Assembly: GCA_964016885.1 (NCBI GenBank)
Contig: CAXHJY010000769.1
Span: 124,001-188,000 of the forward strand
Direction: 5' to 3'
DNA from: Eledone cirrhosa
Lineage: Eukaryota
DNA length: 64,000 nucleotides
Positions 52,133 through 64,000 of this stretch are shown here, one piece after another. Under the pieces are notes generated by a model that saw only the letters and a program-made list of their open reading frames with translations, did no database searches and had not been told where the DNA came from. The position numbers and the translations under genes are program-made. The stretch's first letter is position 1; every line of letters begins with the position of its first letter.

Positions 52133-53605
52133 CTTTGAACCTTGTTTAACTTTTAAATATATATATACATATATATATATACATACATACATACATACAT
52201 ACATACATACATACACACATGCATACCTACTCACATATAAAAGGATGCATATGCACACACAAATAAGAATAAATAATCATAATAGGCCGTCACATACAAA
52301 TAAGCAAATAAAAAATAAGGATTAAAAAAATAAGGATTAAGAAAATAAAAAATAAAAAATATTATTAAGTTGACAGCGATACAAGACGGCAAAATTTAAA
52401 ATAAAAATTAAAATAAGTATAATAATAATAATAATAAATGACTAAATGCACGTGGTAAGCAAATGCACAAAAAAAAATTAAATATATATATATAAATAAT
52501 ATAAGATCAAAAGATGGTTAAAAGAGTTCCAAGTATTTTATTATGTGCATTTCAAAAACAAATATCATGGGATGATATTTGTGTTCTCATCAGATAAAAT
52601 AGGGAGACATGATATGAAGCTTAAAAAACACTTGCGAGCATTGAAGTGTTAAATCAACATATGAAAAATAAAGTAAGATGGATATATGAGATTGGGGGGA
52701 AAAGGGAAGGGGGGGGTTAGGAAAAGGTAAGGAAGAGGAAGAATGAAAATAAAGGATGACGTGGGAGGAGTATAAGAAGGAAGGTTGAGAGAGGAGGAGA
52801 AATGGGTGTAAATAGCCTTTACAACTGCGAAAACATTGTCTCACAGACAGAAATTAATAAACCATTGAAAGATAATAGATAATTTAAAAAGATTTTAAAA
52901 TTTAAAGTTAATGAGGTTTATGATTAAAGAAAAAGGAATTAAGAATAGTATTTATTTAAGGTTTATATATTGAAGGGTTTAATAATATGTGCGAAAAAAA
53001 GAATTTATTAATATGTATTATTAAAATTAAAATTAAAATATTAAGGATATTAAGGATATAATGTGAAAGAAGGAGAGATTGAATGAATTATGAACTTAGA
53101 GGAATTAGTTAGGATTTTAAGTTTGTTTTTATGTATTGTAATATGTAAAAGTAAATAATAGGTTTAATATGAGCAGGGAAGGAGAGAAGGAAGAGGAAAA
53201 TTTAAGAAAGAAAAAATATCTAACGTCAAAAAGTATACATGTTTAAAAAAATTTTCTAATGGTAATATTATTATATATTATGTTAAAAAGGCCATACAAA
53301 CTGAAAAAGTGGTCAAGAAGGCATTAACAACCTAAGCCAAAAAACAAATCAAGCTAAACAAGTCAAACAAAATAAATGATAAAAATCGACCTGGAGCCAA
53401 ATGGAATTGATGGTAAAATCCAAATGCAGTGTTCCTTATATGTATATATATATATGTATATCTATCTATATATATATATATATATATGTATATGTATATA
53501 TATATCATTTCATTTTACGTCTGCTTTTTCCCTGCTTGCAAGGGTGGGACCGAAACTGATGCTGGCTTGATTTCTACAGCTGGATGCCCTTCCTAACACC
53601 AACCT

Positions 53606-53749
53606 ATATATATACACATATATATATATACACACACATATATATATATATACACATATATATATCTACACATATATATATATACACATATATATATATA
53701 CACATATATATATATACACATATATATATATACACATATATATATATAC

Positions 53750-53830
<81 letters not shown>

Positions 53831-53873
53831 CATATATATATACATATATATATATATATACATATATATATAC

Positions 53874-53926
<53 letters not shown>

Positions 53927-54039
53927 CATATATATATACATATATATATATACATACATATATATATATACATATATATATATACATACATATATATATA
54001 TACATATATATATATACATACATATATATATATACATAC

Positions 54040-54074
<35 letters not shown>

Positions 54075-54135
54075 CATATATACATATATATATATACATA
54101 TATATATACATATATACATATATACATATATGTAC
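53606..54135. repeat. (TA)n/(TACA) microsatellite preceded by a short RTE tail fragment (53505-53605, minus)
   Basis: Low-complexity array; ttttacgtctgctttttccctgcttgcaagggtggg tail. Confidence 0.93.
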
Positions 54136-54491
54136 AGAAATGAGCAAGACAATAACTACTACAACTGACTAACAAACTATCCTCTTGCATTATCTACGTT
54201 AACTGCTGATGTATTTTAATTTTAATTTTGCGTTAATTCTGTTTTAATATGATTTTAATTTTTGAATTTAAATCGCCATTCAGAAATAATATAATATATG
54301 TCACTCCACTGTGCATCAATATATACATATGTATCTGTATGTCTCTTGTGTTGGAAAGGAGGTCATGTATGTATACGAATATTGAAAAATGCTCCGAAGA
54401 CTCCAAGCCTCGGTTTGGATGAAACAATTGAAAGCTAATAAATGGTTTGAACATAACTTTGATTCCTGTGAATTCTCTATATATATATATT

Positions 54492-54600
54492 ATCATCATT
54501 GATTAACGTCCATCTTCCACGCTTGCATGGGTTTGGACGTGGGAAAATTCCCGTCCAAACCCATGCAAGCGTGGAAGATGGACGTTAATCAATGATGATG

Positions 54601-54601
<1 letters not shown>
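54492..54601. repeat. Hairpin made of two RTE 3' termini
   Basis: atcatcattgattaacgtccatcttccacgcttgcatgggtttggacg / cgtccaaacccatgcaagcgtggaagatggacgttaatcaatgatgat around gggaaaattccc. Confidence 0.93.
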
Positions 54602-54697
<96 letters not shown>

Positions 54698-55240
54698 TAT
54701 ATGTGTAAATGTATATTTTATTACATATATATTTTATTACACATATTTACCCAAACTGCGATTCTGTTTTTCTCTCTCTCTCTTACTGCTCCCCCATTCT
54801 CTCTGTTTCTCCTACTTTCTTTCGCCCCCTCTGTCATGTCAGTTAACTCTTCCTCACACTTCCACTCACTCACTGTTTCTCCTCTCCTCACTTCACCCCG
54901 TTCGCGAAGAAAGCAATTTCTCTCTTTCTCACATTGCATTCGTTCGTTAAAGGTCTTTTTTTCTAAGCGCTCATATATTCACCTACCTTATGCTAACAGA
55001 ATAACTATGAAGCTTGTCTCCTTCCTTCTACGGTGAGCTCTACTCTTTGTTGTTTTCTTGTCTCACTCGCTTTACACGTTTTAATTGTCCTAATAACTTA
55101 ATTTAGTTATTATTGCACCGACGTGAGGTATATGATTTTTAATGCATTGAAATATCTATGATCGTCGGCAAATCACTGATGAGGGACTTATTTTATTACA
55201 TGTTATCCATGTGCTACCAGCAGTATTTTTCTCCCCATTT

Positions 55241-55276
<36 letters not shown>

Positions 55277-55290
55277 AAATGTATATATAT

Positions 55291-55353
<63 letters not shown>

Positions 55354-55830
55354 TCGTTTCTGAATTTGTTTAGCAAGATTCTTTATCTGAAAACCTGTGT
55401 TGAAACCGATATTGTTATACTTTGGGAGGGTCATGTTGCCAATAAGAAACACATGCACCATATATACATATATATATATAAGAATTAAAATACTAGAGTA
55501 TGTTGGAGTTAAACACCCTCTTCGTATTATAGAAATGACAGTAAAGGTATAGTTCAATGTAATTAAACAGAGCCGAAGAATTATGAAAATAAACCAAAGA
55601 AGCCTTAATAGGACGAAACATTGTTGGTAGTACAATAATTCCCGCTCTATATCACCACCTATGTTTAGCTTTAGTTTTTGCATTGGACTATATTTGTAAT
55701 ATGGTTCAAAACGTTATTTACTTCCTTAGCAATTTTTACCCGATAATTTTCCAATGCTTTAATCTATGTACACACCATATTCTTCTGAGTTTTTGGCTTG
55801 TATTGGCTGATAGTGCTTCTTATAGCTTTA

Positions 55831-55875
55831 ATTGCCCTGATGAGTCCTTAATAGGACGAAACATTGTTGGCTAAT
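55831..55875 (+). ncRNA. Minimal type I hammerhead ribozyme motif
   Basis: gcc-CTGATGA-gtcc-ttaata-ggac-GAAAC-att-GTT-ggc: canonical core, 4-bp stem II, very short stem III. Confidence 0.72.
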
Positions 55876-55918
55876 AAAGACTTTTGATGTATTTAAGGCT
55901 TCTTTGGTTTATTTTCAT

Positions 55919-57370
<1,452 letters not shown>

Positions 57371-57371
57371 A

Positions 57372-60300
57372 AAGACAAATTCACCTCGTGGACGAGATAA
57401 AGACAAATTCACCTCGTGGACGAGAATGCGAGCACTCCTCATTGTTTCGACCGCGGACGGCTAACATAACCCCATCGCCCCCCCCCCCCCCCCAAACGCA
57501 ATCCAAAACTTCAGAGTTGGTACCATAAATGTAGGCACCTTAAAGGGTCGCGCTAACGAGGTTGTAGAAATGCTTGAACGTAAGGAGGTCGATGTTTGTT
57601 GTATTCAAGAGACCAGATGGAGGGGTGGGTCTGCTAGATTCATTGAGGGTAAAAAACGATGTTATAAGCTTTTCTGGATGGGAAACGACGATGGGCTGGG
57701 TGGAGTAGGAATCATGGTAGCAGAAAAGTGGGCAGATAAGATAATAGACGTAAATAGAGTGAACGACAGAATAATTAAAATAAGACTTGTCCTCAATAGA
57801 ACTACGGTGACAGTAATATCTGCGTACGCACCCCAATCCGGAATGCCCGGCACTATAAAAGACAGATTCTATGAGACACTGATGCTCACTACCTCCCAAA
57901 TAACCGACAGTGACAATATAATTATCGCAGGCGACCTAAATGGTCACGTTGGACAACATTGTGACGGCTATGACGAAATCCATGGAGGCTATGGGTTTGG
58001 TACTAGAAATGAGGAAGGCTCCAGAATCCTGGAATTCTGTGACGCAAATAACCTAACTATCTGTAACACTAACTTCAAAAAACGTGACAATCACCTGATC
58101 ACCTATAGATCCGGGGAACACACAAGCCAGGTAGATTATATCCTTACCAGAAGACGTGACAGAGTGTCTGTTGTAAACACTAAATCCCTCCCCCATGAAG
58201 AATGCACCTCCCAACATAGACTGATAATTAGCGACCTCATAGTCAGGACGTGACGTACTCGACAGCAGAAGAGGACTATCCTCAGGAGAAAAATATGGAA
58301 GCTAAAGGACCCCACAGCCAGAAATAAATTTCAAAGCATATTACTTGATGCTTTCGACAGTAAGGAAGAGCATTTAAAGTCGGACAATATAGAGGGACAG
58401 TGGGAATTTCTGAAAGCAAACCTGCTGATGGCGACAGACGAAGTCTGTGGCTGGAGCAGGCCTGTAGGCAGGAGGAGAGTAACATGGTGGTGGAACAGTA
58501 GGGTGGAGGGGTCAATTAAGGCCAAAAAGCAGGCTTGGAAAGTATGGCGGGATGGGGGAAGTAGAGAAGACTATCAAGTGGCCAGGAGGGAGGCTAGGAG
58601 ACAAGTGTACTTCGCAAGAAGGGAAGCAGAGGAAAGAAAGTTCAAGCATGTTCTACAACGCGAGGACCAAAAACGTGAGGTGTTCAGGATTGCTAGGCAA
58701 TGTGTCAAGGAAAACCGTGATATTGTCGGGGAGAAGTGTGTACTTAATGATGACGGCATACTTGCCATCACCGACGCTGATAAGAAGGTAGCTTGGAAGT
58801 GCCACTATGAAAGGCTACTAAATGAGGAGAATAAATGGGAGAAAGACAGTCTCCCCCACATCGACCCAATAGAGGGACCAGCAGTGTTAGTCGAGGGTAG
58901 TATAATAAGTAAGGCAATCAAGGATATGAAGACGGGTAAGGCGGCTGGGCCTTCGGAAATAGTTGCTGAGATGCTGAAGGCATCTGGCTCGGTGGGACAC
59001 ACCTTGGTCACCCGGATAGTTAACCAAGTCGTACAGAAGGGGGTTGTTCCGAAGGACTGGCATAGCAGCATCATCGTTAACTGTTATAAGGGTAAAGGAG
59101 ATGCCCTAGATAGGAGTAACTATAGAGGCATTAAACTAATCGACCAGGTCATGAAGGTCACGGAAAAAGTAATAGGGCAACTAATCAGAGAGGGAATTGA
59201 CCTAGATGAAATGCAGTTCGGGTTTGTGTCAGGCAAAAGTACCACAGACGCTCTTTTCATTGTACGTCAACTACAGGAGAAGTACCTAGCTAAAGGTAAA
59301 CCCCTCTACTTAGCTTTTGTCGACTTGGAGAAACCCTTCGACAGAGTCCCCCGTTCCATTATCTGGTGGGCCCTTAGAAAACTAGGTGTCGACGAATGGC
59401 TTGTGAGAGCTATACAAGCCATGTATAAAGAAACGGTCAGCAAGGTTAGAATTAACAACGAATATAGTGAAGAGTTTAGCGTAAAAGTTGGCATCCATCA
59501 GGGCTCTGTTCTCAGCCCCCTACTATTTATTATTGCTCTTCAGGCTATAACAGAGGAGTTCAAGACCGGCTGCCCATGGGAACTCCTATACGCAGACGAC
59601 CTGACACTCATAGCGGAATCAATGGCCGAGCTAGAGAAGAAATTCCAAACATGGAAGCACGGCCTAGAATCAAAAGGCCTTAAAATTAACCTGGCTAAGA
59701 CTAAAGTTCTAGTTTGTAGGAAAGAAAATTAGGCGGCGGTCCCTTCCGGGAAATGGCCATGCTCAGTGTGTAGGAAAGGCGTAGGTAGAAACTCCATTTT
59801 ATGTCCCAAATGCAAAGTATGGGTGCATAAAAGATGTAGTGGGATCACAGGTAAGCTAACTAAAAACTTAGATTTTACATGTGGGCGGTGCTCTGGTGCA
59901 ATAAGTAGCAGCGAGTGCCCACAAAATACTAGCTCTTTCAATTGCACAGAGGGTTCTATAGAAATAGTGGACAGCTTCCGTTACCTGGGTCACAAAATCA
60001 GCAGTGGGGGAGGGTGCTCCGAAAGTACAGTAGCTAGAGTCAGAACTGGATGGAAAAAGTTCAGAGAGCTTATACCACTATTAGCCGCTAAAGGGTTCTC
60101 CCTAAAAATGAAAGGCAGGTTGTATGATGTCTGCATACGAACAGCTATGTTGCATGGCAGTGAGACCTGGACATTGTGCGCAGAGGATATACGCAGACTA
60201 GAGAGGAACGAAGCTTGCATGCTCCGCTGGATGTGTAATAGTAATATACGTGAACGGCAAAGCATAAACGAACTAAGGAAAAAATTAGAAATAAGAGGGA

Positions 60301-60929
60301 TCAGATGTTGTTTACTCGAGAGAAGGCTACGTTGGTACGGACACGTGATGCGCATGAAAGTCGATAGCTGTATAACAAAGTGCAGGGCAATAAAGATAGA
60401 CGGTAGCCACGGAATAGGCAGACCTAGAAAATCCTGGGACGAGCTGATAAACTCCGACCTCACACACTTACACCTCTCCAAGACAATGTCACTGGACCGA
60501 GACCTTTGGCGGTACTCAGTCATAGAGAAGACCCGCCTTACCTATATACAAAGTAAAACCTACTACAGCCAGTAGGCATCTCTAACAAAATACACCCCCG
60601 TCCCACCACCCCCACCCCATCCACACCACCCCCTCCTATGTAAAGTTATGTTGGTGCCACAACATCCAGGCCGAAACAAATGAGATTGTGTAGTGTCACT
60701 TCAAAAAACACACAGTTCACGCTGTAATGTGGCCGTGTAGGCAACACGGTAAAAACCTCCCAGCCCCACACTGTAAATGTGGTTGGTGTTAGGAAGGGTA
60801 TCCAACTGTAGAAAACCTGCCAGACAGTCCTATGCGAGCAAGACAATCACTCTTGCCTCAAGTGGGACTACCTCCGTCCAAACCCATGCAAGCGTGGAAC
60901 ACGGACGTTAAACGTTGATGATGATGATG

Positions 60930-60930
<1 letters not shown>
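57372..60930 (+). mobile_element. Near full-length RTE LINE: APE endonuclease, RT with PHD insert, C-terminal domain, 3'UTR and (TGA)n tail
   Basis: ORFs 57570-58253, 58428-59732 and 59766-60575 share one frame, broken only by stops at 58251 and 59730; CCIQETRW, SAYAPQ, GDLNGHVG, VDY, QHR, YADD; embedded in TA arrays. Confidence 0.96.
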
Positions 60931-60969
<39 letters not shown>

Positions 60970-61163
60970 ACATATATATATACATACATATATATATATA
61001 TACATACATATATATATATACATACATATATATATACATACATATATATATACATACATATATATATATACATACATATATATATATACATACATATATA
61101 TATATACATACATATATATATATATACATACATATATATATATATATACATACATATATATAT

Positions 61164-61204
<41 letters not shown>

Positions 61205-61211
61205 CATATAT

Positions 61212-63580
61212 CATCATCATCATCATCATTTTACGTCCGCTTTTCCCTGCTTGCAAAGGTGGGACGGGTTTTATTCAGCACAGCATCTCTCCACTCGTCA
61301 CGGTCCCTCGTCGTCATCACTGTGATCTTCAATGATCTGAGGTCTGTTCTCACCACTTCCGCCCATGTTTTTTGTGGTCTACCTCAACTGGCAATTCCTG
61401 GCACTTTTTCACCCATCGGTCAACTTCCATGCGCATCACATGTCCATACCACCTCAGTCTCCTCTCACGTACACTACATTCTATCCCTCTCAACACATTT
61501 TTGCTAGGTCGTTCACGCACATTTACACTGCACATCCAACAGAGCATTCTTGCCTCATTTCTCTCCAGTCGTCGCATATCCTCTGCAGTTGCTGCCCATG
61601 TCTCTCTACCATGCAGCATCGCGCACCTCACACAGGCATCATACAACCGGCCTTTCATACGCAGGGACAAACCCTTCTTCATCAACAGAGGAAGCAGCTC
61701 CCTAAACTTCTTCCAACCCGTCCTTATTCTAGATACTATGGCTTCGGAACACCCTCCTCCCATCCTAATCTGATCTAGGTACCGGAAGCTATCCACCACT
61801 TCTATAGCGACCTCCTGCATTTGAAAAATGTGTATCAACGCGACTTCTATTGTCTAATTTCCCTGTACATCTACTGCATACATATTTCTCCCTACCTGTT
61901 AGTTTGCCTGCTATCCCGCTACATCTCTTGTGTACCCAGGATCTGCATTGTGTGCATTTTATAGAATTTATGCCAGTTCCTTTTCTGCATATCGAACATG
62001 GCCATTTCCCTGACGGAATCAGAGTTTTGTCCTCTTTTCTACTCATCAACATTTTTGTCTTAGCTAGGTTCACTCTCAGTCCTCTAGATTCCAACTACTG
62101 TTTCCATAGCCAGAATTTATTCTCTAGCTCCTCTACTGATTCTGCTATAGGAACCAGATCGTCAGCATAGAGAAGTTCCCATGGACAGCCAGTCTTAAAC
62201 TCCTCTGTTATGGCTTGGAGGACTATAATGAACAAGAGCGAGCTGAGGACCGAACCCTGATGTACTCCTACTTGTATCTGGAATTCCTCACTAAACTCCA
62301 TTCCTACCCTGACTTTACTGACAGTACCTCTGTACAAAGTTTGCACTGTCCTCACAAGCCATTCCTCAACACCTAGCTTCCTTAGGGACCACCAGATGAC
62401 AGATCAGGGTACCCTGTCAAAGGCCTGCTCTAGGTCAACAAAGGCTAAGTATAGTGGTTTATTCTTCTATAAGAACCTCTCTTGTAATTGTCTCACCAAG
62501 AAGAGGGCATCTGTTGTATTCTTCCCAGGCACAAAACCAAACTGCATCTCATCTAGTTTGACCCTTTCTCTAATTAGTTGTGCTAAAATCCTTTCCGCCA
62601 CTTTCATAACCTGATCTATCAGTTTCATACCCCTATAATTGCTCCTCTCCAAAGCATCCCCTTTACCTTTGTAGCAATTTATGAGAATACTGCTGCACCA
62701 GTCTTTGGGTATGACACCACCAAATATAGCCTGATTGATGATGCGTGCAACCAGTTTAGTGCCTACGTCCCCTGATGCCTTCATCATCTCAGCAACTATT
62801 CCCGATGGTCTGGCAGCCTTACCATTTTTCATTTCCCTAATCGCCTCTTGGACCCTATATTCGTCAATCTCAATAGCTGGTCCCTCTGTCGGATCTACCA
62901 AGGGTAATTTCTCTCTCTCCCATTTGTTCTCCACATTCATCAGTCTCTCATAATGACATTTCCAGGTCTCCTTTTTTTCTGATCATTCGTGACACTAAGT
63001 ACACCGGCATCATCCCGGACACATTTATCTCCAACAACATCCTGATTTACATTGACACACTGCCTTGCAATGTGGAACATCGCACCCCTCTGATCTTCCT
63101 GTCGCAGAACATTGGCAAACCTCATACTCTCTGCCTCCCTGCGTGCTAAGTACACCTGACGTCTAGCTTCTCGCTTAGTGGCTGTATATTCTTCCCTACT
63201 CCCACCCTTTTTCCTAGCCTTCCATGCTAGTCTTTTGTCTCTAATAGCCTTATCTACAGTGCTGTTCCAACACCAGATAACTCTCTGTCTGGTTGAAGCT
63301 CTGCTCCAGCCTCAAGTTTCATCAGTAGCCTGCAGCAAGTTGTCACGTAAGAAATTCCAGTTATCATCTATGTCATACGTCTCTAAATCGTCTTCTTTTT
63401 CGTCATATACATCTTGAAGGGCTTTCCTAAATTTGTATTTTAGTGAAAGGTCTTTTAGCTTCCAGACCTTTCTTCTGCACACCTTCCTATATGTCTCATT
63501 CCATCTCTTGCTTACTGAGATATCACTAACAACTAACCTATGCTGTGGGGGTACATTCTTCCCCAGGGTATGCCTTGGTA
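61212..63580 (-). mobile_element. 5'-truncated RTE LINE (third subfamily, PHD insert)
   Basis: ORFs 62467-62940, 62095-62355, 61789-62094 and 61350-61838; (TGA)n tail; close to 36900-39243. Confidence 0.94.
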
Positions 63581-63726
63581 CATATACATTCATACACATA
63601 TATATACATACATACATATATATATATATACATACATAAATACATATATATATATATATATATAAATACATACATACATACATATATATATATATAAATA
63701 CATATATACATACATATATACATACA

Positions 63727-63760
<34 letters not shown>

Positions 63761-63910
63761 CATACATACATACATACATATATACATACATACATACATA
63801 CATATATATATATATACACATACATACATATATATATATAAATACATACATACATATACATACATACATACATACACATACATACATACATACATATACA
63901 TACATACATA

Positions 63911-63942
<32 letters not shown>

Positions 63943-64000
63943 CATATATATATATACATACATACATACATATATATACATACATACATATATATACATA
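63581..64000. repeat. (TACA)/(TA) microsatellite
   Basis: Low-complexity array running to the window end. Confidence 0.97.

Noticed and set aside
52480-53420. Strand-biased stretch with faint L1-like C-terminal hints on the minus strand
   Set aside because: The motifs are too decayed to support a call by eye

Overview
Animal genomic DNA, AT-rich and saturated with repeats. The SINE types, the huge (TA)n/(TACA)n arrays and the mollusc-like UBE2K exon suggest a cephalopod such as octopus, but this is an inference. The only host-gene sequence I can identify is one 153-nt minus-strand coding exon of UBE2K (9750-9902); neither flanking exon was found, so much of the window may be intronic. Most of the rest is transposon-derived. 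There are more than a dozen copies or fragments of an RTE-clade LINE group with a PHD-type zinc finger inside the reverse transcriptase, a (TGA)n tail and an apparent preference for TA-microsatellites; one copy is near full length (57372-60930). Also present are a nested GC-rich RTE with a 12-bp TSD, BovB-like and Rex3-like RTEs, Tx1/L1, CR1-group and CRE-like remnants, a Penelope element (RT + GIY-YIG) with ~865-bp inverted pseudo-LTRs, a DD37D-type Tc1/mariner, a non-autonomous Helitron, MITEs and SINEs. The most unusual signals are the PHD-in-RT LINE and its microsatellite targeting, several hammerhead-ribozyme motifs (including a CAGAAGA core variant), and many long inverted repeats and fold-backs.
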